Positions 40,534-49,392 of a stretch of 64,000 bases of DNA are shown here, piece after piece. The notes under the pieces were generated by a model that was given only the letters and a program-made list of their open reading frames with translations, did not search any database and was not told the DNA's origin. Both the position numbers and the translations under genes were made by a program. Source of the DNA: an uncultured Verrucomicrobiae bacterium. GTDB taxonomy: Bacteria > Verrucomicrobiota > Verrucomicrobiia > Chthoniobacterales > UBA10450. The stretch's first letter is position 1. Every line of letters starts with the position of its first letter. Location of the stretch: NCBI GenBank assembly GCA_963735805.1, contig CAVTMK010000003.1:256001-320000 (forward strand). The letters run 5' to 3'.

Positions 40534-43197
40534 CTAGGTGCGCGAGAGGGCAATGACGGGATCGAGTCTCGCCGCGCGCCGGGCCGGCAAGTAACAAGCA
40601 ATTAGAGAAACAACGAGGAGCAGCAGCGAGATCGCGATAAATGTCATCGGATCGCTCGCGCCGACGTGGAAGAGCAGATTCGAAATTACGCGGGTGAGAC
40701 TGAAGGCACCGGCCAGTCCGGCGACAACGCCAATCGCGGCCAGCGTCATTCCCTGCCTAACGACTAGTCCGAGCACATCACTTCTCTGCGCACCGAGCGC
40801 CATGCGGATGCCGATTTCCTGCGTGCGTTGCGTGACCGTGTAAGCCATGACGCCGTAAATGCCGATCGCGGCAAGGAGCAACGCCGCGATCCCGAAGACG
40901 GCAAAGAGCTGCATCGAAACACGCCGCGTGCCTAACGAGTTCATCACCACGTCGTCCATCGTGCGGACGTTGTAGATGGGCTGATCCTTGTCGAGCGCCT
41001 GCACTTCGCGTCGCAAGGTGGTAGCAAAGGCAGCCGGATCGCCGGCGGTTCGAATCACCAGTCCCATGAAATTCCACTGAGAGTCCTGGGCGTGCGGAAC
41101 GTAGATTTGCATGCCGCCCTCTTCGGTGAGAGAACCGGTCTTCGTGTCGCCGACCACCCCGACGATTTCGCGCATGAATTTTTCATCGCGGCGATGCCCT
41201 CGAAATGCAGCCCAGATGCTGAGGCGTTTGCCGATCGCGGCTGTGGGCGAACCGAAGTAACGCTTCGCGGTGGTTTCGTTGATGATTACCACCTTCGGTC
41301 CGTCAGCATTGTCGCGAGGTTCGAAGGTGCGTCCGGAAAGCAACGGAATTTGGAGCGCGCGAAAATAATCGCCCGTGATGGTGGAGAACATCGCGTCCTT
41401 CGCTTCGTCCACCGTGAGCGGCCGGCCTTCCGGAATAAACCCGCGTCCAATCGCATAACCACTCGGGTTGAGCGGAAGATTGACGCTGGCTCCCGCCGCT
41501 TGCACGCCCGGCACCGCTTCCAGCCGTTCTATCAGTTGCCGGAAAAATTCCACGCACGGCTGATCATCTTTGTATTTCGGACCCTGCAACGCCAGGTTGG
41601 CGATGAGGACGTTGTGCGCATTGAAGCCGGGCCGAACCTCCTGGAGACGGAGGAAGCTCTTGATGAGCAATCCAGCGCCAACCAGTAGCACCAGCGAAAG
41701 GGCGACCTCACCGATCAACAGCAGGCTGCGCGCACTTGTCCGCCGATGTCCTTCGCCGCTGCGTCCGCCTTCTTTCAATGCGCTGGTGACGTCGAGCTTC
41801 GAGGCTTGGAGCGCGGGGACGATGCCGAAGAGAATGCCGGTAAGCGCCGAGACGCCGAGAGCGAACGTCAGGACGCGATAATCAATCCCGATCTGTTCGA
41901 GCCGCGGTGCGCCTTCGGGCAACATCGACATCAGCAGATCGGTTAACCAAATGCTGAGGACGAGTCCCGCAGCCCCGCCGATTGCCGAGAGCAGAATGCT
42001 CTCCGTCAGCATCTGCCGCAGAACGCGCGTGCGGCTCGCGCCCATCGCGGCCCGGATCGCAATTTCCTTTTGCCGCGCGGCGCTGCGGGCGAGGAGGAGA
42101 TTGGCAACGTTCGCGCAGGCAATCAGCAGCACGAATCCGACGGCGCCGAGGAGCGCGAGGAGGGATGGTTTTACCTCGCGAACGAGCCGTTCGTGGAGCG
42201 TCGAAATAAACACGTCCCAACCTTTGTTCGTCTCGTGAAACTGCTTGTCGAGCTGCGCATTGATGGCGCTGAGACGAGTTTGCGCCTGCTTCAGATCGAT
42301 ACCGGTATTCAGACGCGCGATCGCCGACCACACGCGGTTATCGCGCGGTTCGTCCCTGAGATTGACCGCGGTCGGCACCCAAACCTGGGTTTGCTCCGGG
42401 TATTCAAACCCCGGCGGCATCACGCCGATGATCGTGAGGGGGAATGAGCTCATCTGGACCTGTTTCCCGACGATGGCCGGATCAGATCCGAAGCGGCGCT
42501 TCCATAAGCCGTGGCTGATGATCGCGACGGTTTGCGGCCACCCTTTGTCGTCTTCGGGAACGAACGTTCGCCCGAGAACAGGCTGGACACCGAGCACGGA
42601 GAAGAACCCGGTCGTCACACCGGCGCGCGGCACGCGCTCCGGCTCCGCCCCATCCGCACCAAAGTTGGCGGTACCGGTCCAGTAGGCGGCGGTGCTCGCG
42701 AAGAGATCGGTTTGTTGCGACCAATCGGTAAAGTCGAGAAACGAGATGTTGCTCTCGGTAATGCCCGCCGCAGGATTTTTGCCTTCGATGTAGATGATGC
42801 GTTCGGCGTCCGGAAACGGAAGCGGACGGAGGAGCACGCCGTTCACCAGGCTGAAGATCGCGGTGTTCGCGCCGATGCCGAGCGCGAGCGCAATAATGGC
42901 GACGGCGGTGAAGCCGGGATTTTTGAAAAACATCCGCACGGCGTACCGCAGATCGCGCCCTACGCCTTCCATATAATAACCGGCCTTAGCTTCTCTGACC
43001 TTTTCCTTCAATTGCTCGACCCCGCCCAGCTCGATCGCGGCTTGTCGGCGCGCCTCCACTTCGGACAATCCTTCCGTGATTTTCTTTTCCACAAGAGCGT
43101 CCAAGGCATAAGCAAGTTCGTCAGAGAGCTCCTGTTCTACATCTCCCTTTCGAAACAGGTTCCGCCAAAAAGCGGCAATGCGATTGAGAACGCTCAT
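40534..43197 (-). CDS. Duplicated orphan ABC permease (ADOP, MacB/FtsX x2)
   Basis: DLRYAVR..KNPGF...LALGIGANTAIFS, LLIACANVANLLLAR, RTQEIGIRMALGA, YLPARRAARLDP. Confidence 0.93.
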   Translation of the reverse strand: MSVLNRIAAFWRNLFRKGDVEQELSDELAYALDALVEKKITEGLSEVEARRQAAIELGGVEQLKEKVREAKAGYYMEGVGRDLRYAVRMFFKNPGFTAVAIIALALGIGANTAIFSLVNGVLLRPLPFPDAERIIYIEGKNPAAGITESNISFLDFTDWSQQTDLFASTAAYWTGTANFGADGAEPERVPRAGVTTGFFSVLGVQPVLGRTFVPEDDKGWPQTVAIISHGLWKRRFGSDPAIVGKQVQMSSFPLTIIGVMPPGFEYPEQTQVWVPTAVNLRDEPRDNRVWSAIARLNTGIDLKQAQTRLSAINAQLDKQFHETNKGWDVFISTLHERLVREVKPSLLALLGAVGFVLLIACANVANLLLARSAARQKEIAIRAAMGASRTRVLRQMLTESILLSAIGGAAGLVLSIWLTDLLMSMLPEGAPRLEQIGIDYRVLTFALGVSALTGILFGIVPALQASKLDVTSALKEGGRSGEGHRRTSARSLLLIGEVALSLVLLVGAGLLIKSFLRLQEVRPGFNAHNVLIANLALQGPKYKDDQPCVEFFRQLIERLEAVPGVQAAGASVNLPLNPSGYAIGRGFIPEGRPLTVDEAKDAMFSTITGDYFRALQIPLLSGRTFEPRDNADGPKVVIINETTAKRYFGSPTAAIGKRLSIWAAFRGHRRDEKFMREIVGVVGDTKTGSLTEEGGMQIYVPHAQDSQWNFMGLVIRTAGDPAAFATTLRREVQALDKDQPIYNVRTMDDVVMNSLGTRRVSMQLFAVFGIAALLLAAIGIYGVMAYTVTQRTQEIGIRMALGAQRSDVLGLVVRQGMTLAAIGVVAGLAGAFSLTRVISNLLFHVGASDPMTFIAISLLLLVVSLIACYLPARRAARLDPVIALSRT

Positions 43198-43205
43198 AGA
43201 AGACT

Positions 43206-43547
43206 TCAGGTCGCGCGGAGCGCGGCTGTGATTGCGCCCGAAACTTTGCGCCAATCGTTCGTTTCAGTTTGGAGCTGACGGCGGCCAGCTTTGGTCAGCC
43301 GATAAAACTTTGCTTTACGGCGGTTCTCCGATTCTCCCCATGACGAGGCGAGCCAACCAGCCTCCTCCATGCTGTGCAACGCCGGAAATAGCGAACCGGG
43401 CTTTACCTCAAACGCGCCGTTAGTGATCTGTTCGACGCGATGAGCAATGGCAAGACCGTGAAACTCTCCATGAACGAGCGTCTTCAGGATTAACAGATCC
43501 AGCGTGCCTTGGAGTAATTCCGTCGATTTATATCTTCGTATAGACAT
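43206..43547 (-). CDS. PadR family transcriptional regulator (ADOP-associated)
   Basis: LLQGTLDLLILKTL...GSLFPALH..E..GW...SENRRKAKFY. Confidence 0.92.
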   Translation of the reverse strand: MSIRRYKSTELLQGTLDLLILKTLVHGEFHGLAIAHRVEQITNGAFEVKPGSLFPALHSMEEAGWLASSWGESENRRKAKFYRLTKAGRRQLQTETNDWRKVSGAITAALRAT

Positions 43548-43590
43548 TCTGTAGGAGAATCGTCGCGTCCTATAGACTGTCAATAGAAAG

Positions 43591-43619
43591 ACCGCGTAAA
43601 AGGCTTCGCCTCACGCGGT
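43591..43619 (+). repeat. 29-bp bulged hairpin repeat, copy 3
   Basis: accgcgtaaaaggcttcgcctcacgcggt. Confidence 0.92.
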
Positions 43620-43637
43620 CATTCAAGATTCCGAACG

Positions 43638-44261
43638 CTACTTAACCGCGTTCCAGAACCAAAGTGCAAACAGCCCGTGCGTGCTTGGATTTGGATGCAA
43701 ACCATCGGCGACCGTACCTGTTCCATTCCAAAGTCGAAAGACGTCAACAGTAGCGTATTTCGTGTTGCGATGGCGTCGCCTGAAATTCTTTATCATCGTG
43801 CTGTATTGCGCGTTGAAAGCGGTGAAGGCTTTGCGTAACGCGCGGAGTTTCTTGCGCGAATAAGTGCGCTGGTAGTAGATCGTCTTGGTCAAGTCCGGCA
43901 GGTTCGGCATTAACACCGAGCGGAAGCCTTGCTGGTAGGCCATGTCTATTCCCGATGTATAAGCTGGAAGGTATTGCGCCACGCGAAATCGCTTGTCTAA
44001 TGCAGGAAACAACCATATAACGAGCAACGCACCGGCCTTTGATCCAGTCGGCATACTTTGCAACTGAGCAATTAAACCTCGGCGCGGCGGCGATGTGATG
44101 CTCAATAGCTGTGCGCTCGGTTGGGCTTTATTGTTGGCTTGGATATAAGTGAAGGCAAGCCTCCGAGATAATTTCCCGGGCCACGCTTGATAGCCAGTCG
44201 CTTGCGTTGCTGCGCTGTAAGAGTTCCCGCAGACATAAAGCGATGTGATTTTTGTGCTCAT
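43638..44261 (-). CDS. SGNH/GDSL hydrolase family protein
   Basis: LYVCGNSYS, PNLPDL, DGLHP motifs. Confidence 0.72.
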   Translation of the reverse strand: MSTKITSLYVCGNSYSAATQATGYQAWPGKLSRRLAFTYIQANNKAQPSAQLLSITSPPRRGLIAQLQSMPTGSKAGALLVIWLFPALDKRFRVAQYLPAYTSGIDMAYQQGFRSVLMPNLPDLTKTIYYQRTYSRKKLRALRKAFTAFNAQYSTMIKNFRRRHRNTKYATVDVFRLWNGTGTVADGLHPNPSTHGLFALWFWNAVK

Positions 44262-44538
44262 GAAGATTCCGAAAGGTCTTACTCAGCATGAAAATCCAGA
44301 TAAATTTCGTGTCGTCTTTCGGCGCGCGCAACTCGACAAACTCGCCGCGATTCGCGCGCGGTGTCGTAGTGCAGGCGAATCTGAATTAAATTTACGTTGC
44401 ATTGACTAATCGCGAGCACGAGCTGAAAACCGTTTCCATCTAACGGCTCGGCGCGATTACTTTTGAATTCTTCCTTCTTAATTCTTCCTTTGCTTCCATT
44501 CTTCTTTCTTAATTCTTAATTGAAATAGGAGTTGCTCT

Positions 44539-45019
44539 ATGAAGAAGCGTTTCGTGCTCTGTTGTTTCCTTGTCGGTCTGGCGTTCTCCAGCTCTTTTAG
44601 CCAATAAACTGTTTTCATCGTCCGCCACGCTGAAAAGGCCGACGCCAGCAAAGACGCGGAATTATCGGGAGCCGGCCGCGCTCGCGCCGAAGCGTTGGCC
44701 AACATGCTGAGGGATTCAAAAATCAGCGTTATCTACACGACCGAGTTCAAGCCTACGCAGCAAACCGCCGCGCCACTAGCCAAGGCGCTCGGCCTGACGG
44801 TCACGATCTTGCCGGCCGAAAACCAGGCTGCGCTCGTCGCAAAACTGCGCACATCCACTGCCACTTCGTTAGTCGTCGGTCACGGCAACACCATCCCGGA
44901 CATAATCAAAGCGCTCGGGATAACGGAGCCGGTCAACATCCCCCGACAGCGACTACGATAATCTTTTCGTCGTCGCGCTTGGAGAAAAACCGTGCCTGAT
45001 CCGCCTTCATTACCGTTGA
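44539..45019 (+). pseudogene. Secreted histidine phosphatase (phosphoglycerate mutase family) with one frameshift at ~44941
   Basis: FIVRHAEK, LVVGHGNTIP; removing one C restores IPDSDYDNLFVV...IRLHYR*. Confidence 0.82.
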
Positions 45020-45023
45020 GTTT

Positions 45024-45123
45024 ACCGCGTAAAAGGCTTCGCCTCACGCGGTCTTGGCGGTTTACCCTAACGGGGTGTTCTACGTGTACGTCTTACCGCG
45101 TAAAAGGCTTCGCCTCACGCGGC
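45024..45123 (+). repeat. Hairpin repeat copies 4 (45024-45052) and 5 (45095-45123) enclosing a GIY-YIG start stub
   Basis: Two near-perfect copies; between them gtgttctacgtgtacgtctt (VFYVYVL). Confidence 0.9.
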
Positions 45124-45146
45124 TGTCGCGATAGAAAGGAGAGCGG

Positions 45147-45449
45147 ATGTTTTACGTCTACCTGTTGCATTCCGCGAAAGACAATGGGTTTTACATCGGT
45201 TTCTCGACGGACTTGAAGAGGCGGCTATCGGAGCATACACGGGGCGCTTCATTCGCCACGAAATCACGGGGTCCATGGAAGCTTATTTATTATGAAGCTT
45301 ACTTGAATCAGGAAGATGCTCTAGGGCGTGAAAAATATCTTAAGAGTGGATCCGGCAGACGATTTCTGCGAGCGCAATTACGTCATTATTTCCGCGTAAA
45401 TGGCTTCCCCCCACCCGGCGTAAATCAGGATGTCTCGCCCACCGACTAA
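45147..45449 (+). CDS. Stand-alone GIY-YIG nuclease (SLX1/UPF0213-like)
   Basis: MFYVYLL...FYIG...LKRRLSEH...GPWKLIYYE...REKYLKSGSGR; AAGGAG SD. Confidence 0.92.
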   Translation: MFYVYLLHSAKDNGFYIGFSTDLKRRLSEHTRGASFATKSRGPWKLIYYEAYLNQEDALGREKYLKSGSGRRFLRAQLRHYFRVNGFPPPGVNQDVSPTD

Positions 45450-46329
45450 TAAACCGCGTGAGGCGAAGCCTTTTACGCGGATCATCAATCTCGTCGACGG
45501 CACTTACGAACTGTTCCGTCACTTCTACGGATTGCGACGGTTCACCAAAGGCAAGGACCGTCCCTACGGCGCGATCGTCGGCGTATTGCAGACCGTTCTT
45601 CAGATGCTGGAGAACGACGCCATTTATCTCGGCGTCGCCACCGATCACGTGATCGAGTCGTTTCGCAATCGGCTCTGGCCGGACTACAAGACCGGCACCG
45701 GCATTGAGCCCGCGCTGCTAGCGCAATTCCATCCGTTAGAGGAGGCGCTCGCGGCGATGGGCGTTGTCGTCTGGCCAATGATCGAGCTCGAAGCCGATGA
45801 CGCACTCGCTTCGGCCGCGCATATCGCGTCGAAAGACAAGAAGGTCGAGAAAATCGCCATCTGGACGCCGGATAAAGATTTGGCGCAATGCGTGCGAGGT
45901 ACGCGTGTGGTGCAGATCGACGGCCGCCGCAAAATCATTCGCGATGCGGCTGGGATACGCGAAAAGTTCGGCGTTGACCCTCCGCTCATCCCGGACCTGC
46001 TCGCGCTCGTGGGCGATGCGGCCGACGGCTACCCCGGCATCCCCGGGATCGGCGCCAGGACTGCCGCCCAGCTTTTGAACCGTTACGGTCCGATCCAAAA
46101 GTTCCCGTCAAACATTCTCGGCGACCAGCGCGATCTCGCGCTGCTCTTCAAGAATCTCGCGACGCTGCGCACCGATGCGCCGCTCTTTAAAAAGGTCGAG
46201 ACGTTGCGCTGGCGCGGTGCCACGCCGGCATTCGCGGCGTGGGCGGAGCGGATGAAAGCGCCGCGGTTGCTGGAGCGGTGCGACCGCGTAAAGCTGCGCC
46301 ACGCGGCAAGCAAGGCTGCGGGGTTCTAA
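45430..46329 (+). CDS. 5'-3' exonuclease / flap endonuclease (PolI N-terminal-like, H3TH)
   Basis: LVDGTYELFRHF, ELEADDALAS, TPDKDLAQ, LVGDAADGYPGIPGIGARTA. Confidence 0.9.
   Translation: MSRPPTNKPREAKPFTRIINLVDGTYELFRHFYGLRRFTKGKDRPYGAIVGVLQTVLQMLENDAIYLGVATDHVIESFRNRLWPDYKTGTGIEPALLAQFHPLEEALAAMGVVVWPMIELEADDALASAAHIASKDKKVEKIAIWTPDKDLAQCVRGTRVVQIDGRRKIIRDAAGIREKFGVDPPLIPDLLALVGDAADGYPGIPGIGARTAAQLLNRYGPIQKFPSNILGDQRDLALLFKNLATLRTDAPLFKKVETLRWRGATPAFAAWAERMKAPRLLERCDRVKLRHAASKAAGF
45453..45481 (-). repeat. Hairpin repeat copy 6 (inverted)
   Basis: accgcgtgaggcgaagccttttacgcgga. Confidence 0.92.
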
Positions 46330-46397
46330 CCGGCCTGGCTATTCCGAAGGTTTTTCCGAGATGTTAAAGTCCGACCCGCAGGAATAGACTCACACGT

Positions 46398-47228
46398 CTA
46401 TTCCCGATCAAACACAAGAATGCTCTTGGGCCTGCCTTGACCCGGCAGGCGTTCGGTCATCGTCAAGGTCCTGAGATCTGTGGAAAGCTCGGTCTGCAAG
46501 GTGCCCGTAATTTTGCCTTTGAATTTGTATGTGATTTCCAGGCTGCGCTCGTTAACGCGGCGTCCCGAATATGCGGTGCCTTTGTCCACACCTTTCGGAT
46601 CGAGGTCCGGATAATCGTTCCCATCTAACTTGATCCTCTTAACCATTTCTTCATCGGAACGTTTAAATGAGAGGCCGTCACCCTCGTAAGGCTGGATCTG
46701 GAGCTCGATCCCCATCTTTACTTTCGCACTCTCGCTGTCCCATGTGCCTGGAAAACCTGAATTTCCGGCCGTCCGATCGTATACGTAGGGCAAAAACAAT
46801 GTCGAACCGTTGGGCAAAGGTTGCGAGAACAGTGTCACACCGTCGGGCAAATACTGCGTAAAGGCGTCGTTCAGGGTTTTGCCGTCTTCGGAAAGCGTCC
46901 ACTGCGCCCTGAGGAGCACGCGGCCCTTCATCTTGCGGACGACCTCCCAACTGTTGGGTCCTTTCGCCGTAATGGACACGGTGGTTCCGCTCAGAGCTGG
47001 CTGGTCACTTCCATCGGCCACGACTGTGTCCACTTGGCCCGGGCCAAAGGTGAAGGTGTATCTGTTTTCTCCTGCGGCCTCAACCTTCATTTCGTCGTAG
47101 AGTTTGCTCTTGGACGGATTCACCTTCCATTTGCCTACGAAGGGATCGTTCGCCGCCGATACCGTGCCGATAGTCAGACAAACAACCGGCAGCGACAGAA
47201 GACTGCGCAGTAGCAGTAGCATTCGCAT
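46398..47228 (-). CDS. Hypothetical secreted protein with two internal beta-rich repeats
   Basis: Signal peptide; F.G.W ... LS.D..TL pattern occurs twice. Confidence 0.75.
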   Translation of the reverse strand: MRMLLLLRSLLSLPVVCLTIGTVSAANDPFVGKWKVNPSKSKLYDEMKVEAAGENRYTFTFGPGQVDTVVADGSDQPALSGTTVSITAKGPNSWEVVRKMKGRVLLRAQWTLSEDGKTLNDAFTQYLPDGVTLFSQPLPNGSTLFLPYVYDRTAGNSGFPGTWDSESAKVKMGIELQIQPYEGDGLSFKRSDEEMVKRIKLDGNDYPDLDPKGVDKGTAYSGRRVNERSLEITYKFKGKITGTLQTELSTDLRTLTMTERLPGQGRPKSILVFDRE

Positions 47229-47379
47229 TCCCAAATTCTATACACAGGCGCTGTCCCTGTCTTCGAAATGTTGTGGAACGGATCGGCGTGTTGCGAGGCG
47301 ACAGGGCGCATTTAACAAATTCTGACAGAGTTGCGGGAGGTGATCCGCCGCTTATTCCGGACCTGCTCGCGCTCGTTTC

Positions 47380-48312
47380 TTAATTTTGCTTCGTTGATGC
47401 GATCCACTCCAACGGTCGCGGCTGAAAATTCAGGTCGCGTTTTGCCTTGGCGTTCGACACGCCTCGGATCTGAGTCCCGTAATAAACCGCATCCGCGCCA
47501 CCATCCCATTTCAGAGCATCTTCAACCGATACCTGCGGCGGTGGTGGAGCATTCAGCCATCGAGCAAACGCAGGGAGCCATTCGCGCACCGGTAAAGGTT
47601 GATCGTTCGCAATCAGATAAATCCCAGGATGGCCGCGCTCTGCTGCTGCAATGGTGGCAATCGCCGCGTCTTCAATGTGTAACCACGACCAAACGCCTTC
47701 GCCATTCCCGATGATCGGAAACTGCTGCTGTCGCACCTGTCGGGCAACATCGCCATCGGGGTTGAACCAGGTGCCGGGTCCATAGAAGAAACCATAACGT
47801 AGAACGATCGCTTCCATGTTGGGATTTCCCAGTAAACGATGCTCAAGCTCAGTTAGCTCGCGGGCACCTGCTGCAACCGCAGGCGAGGCATCAAATGCCA
47901 AGGGCGTATCTTCATCTGCCAATCCAGGACCAGGAATCGCATAGAATGCGACTGACTGCCTGAGGTAACGCCGCACACTCGCTGCTTGCGCGGCTGCCAG
48001 CACATTAGCGCCACCTTCTAAACGGATGCGATTGTTGAGAGCGGCGGCGGCGTTCATCGACTCAGGGGTGTAGGTTTTGGGTAAAGCGGTGAGTTGTTCA
48101 ATCACCACTTCAGGCTGCGCACGGCTGACAACCGCTTTGACCGCATCGGCATCAAATACATCGGCGATGGCAGGTTCTATGCCTTGTTGCACCAAAGCGT
48201 GCGCTTTTTCTGGAGAACGGGTCAGAGCAACGACACCGTGTCCTTTGGCGAGCAATTCTGCGATCAGGGGTCGACCGATCGCTCCCGTTCCCCCTGCAAC
48301 AAAAATCTTCAT
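47380..48312 (-). CDS. NAD-dependent epimerase/dehydratase family protein
   Basis: MKIFVAGGTGAIG, VIEQLTALP, LRYGFFYGPG. Confidence 0.9.
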   Translation of the reverse strand: MKIFVAGGTGAIGRPLIAELLAKGHGVVALTRSPEKAHALVQQGIEPAIADVFDADAVKAVVSRAQPEVVIEQLTALPKTYTPESMNAAAALNNRIRLEGGANVLAAAQAASVRRYLRQSVAFYAIPGPGLADEDTPLAFDASPAVAAGARELTELEHRLLGNPNMEAIVLRYGFFYGPGTWFNPDGDVARQVRQQQFPIIGNGEGVWSWLHIEDAAIATIAAAERGHPGIYLIANDQPLPVREWLPAFARWLNAPPPPQVSVEDALKWDGGADAVYYGTQIRGVSNAKAKRDLNFQPRPLEWIASTKQN

Positions 48313-48478
48313 CTGTGAACCTCCTCTTGAAGTATGGGGCTATTCTTCATAACTCCTAGTTGAAACTCGCGCGCCTCCCGCAAACGCGGGAGTTCCCGGC
48401 AGCCAGGATATCCGTAGCACCCCGCGCCCCAATCGATCCGATCGCGGAGCCAAGGATTAAAGCAAAAGCTCCGGCTGG

Positions 48479-48913
48479 TCAGGCGACGGCGAGTTGCGGG
48501 GCGGCCGACTCCAAATCGGCGATCGAATTGGCCAGTTGTACTGGCGAGACGGGTTTGCTCAGGCAAAAGCGTGCGCCATTCGCGTAGGCGACGGCTCTTG
48601 CCTGCTCAGAATCTTTGTCAGCAACAACAAGCGTTGGCAGCTGCTTACAGCAGCCATGAATGGCGCCCAGCAATGTCATCCCACGGCAATCTCCATTGAA
48701 AGCCAGGATAGCGGCATCTAACTCACGCTTTCGTCGGCAAACAATTTGTAATGCCTCCTCGGCGGTTTGTGCGATGAGGAGAACCGTGCCGGTGTCCCAA
48801 AGCGCTTGCCTTACGACCGTTTTGAAGTCTTCGTCACGCGTGTAGAGGAGAACGAGCCGTGCGAGTCGTGGATGAGGGGGCGGTGCCAGTCGCGATTTCA
48901 TCGAGGGGTTCAC
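48479..48913 (-). CDS. Single-domain receiver-like protein (phospho-acceptor apparently degenerate)
   Basis: TAEEALQI, LDAAILAF, GARFCLSKPV. Confidence 0.65.
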   Translation of the reverse strand: MNPSMKSRLAPPPHPRLARLVLLYTRDEDFKTVVRQALWDTGTVLLIAQTAEEALQIVCRRKRELDAAILAFNGDCRGMTLLGAIHGCCKQLPTLVVADKDSEQARAVAYANGARFCLSKPVSPVQLANSIADLESAAPQLAVA

Positions 48914-49267
48914 GCTGATTTCTACGGAAATTGGAGGGCGAAGGTCTCAAAGAATCTGGTGCATCGCTTCCGACTTTCAGCAATACGGAGACTTTTCTCG
49001 CAGAGAGTCCTGTTTTCGGGGAACTTCCGTCCGCCAACTCCGTAGAACCAGGTAAGAATGACAAAAAAGCAGTGGATCAAACCCATGCTGAAAACCGTGC
49101 CGATCTTCTTCGAGTGCACGTGTTACGCGGGCACGGTTTAAAAATATCAGGCGATAGCGAGGATCGCGTTAAGTCGCCCGGGGTTCCTGCGTGCAATTCC
49201 TAGAGGCCGGGACGCACTGGCTTTAACTCGCAAAAATCTCGCGGAGTTTCTTTTCGCGCAGCTCTGT

Positions 49268-49339
49268 TGTAGCCGAGGGCGCTGCCCTCGGTGGGTTTTT
49301 CATTCCGTGCGACACCGCGCTCAACGTCCGCGGCTACAG
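49268..49339. repeat. GTAG-type REP doublet
   Basis: tgtagccgagggcgctgccctcgg ... ccgcggctaca; single units at 52103-52126, 57596-57623, 59692-59718. Confidence 0.65.
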
Positions 49340-49392
49340 CAAAACGCCGTCATCCCATTTTTACCGTTTGCAATTCGCTGTTACTTTGCTGA

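Noticed and set aside
40497..45052. 29-bp hairpins as ordinary intrinsic terminators
   Set aside because: No U-tract follows the stem, the sequence is near-identical across unrelated genes, and copies also occur upstream of and inside ORFs; a secondary terminator role is not excluded
40295..45481. 29-bp repeats as a CRISPR array
   Set aside because: Spacing is irregular (42 bp to 3 kb), one copy is inverted, whole genes lie between copies, and no cas genes are present
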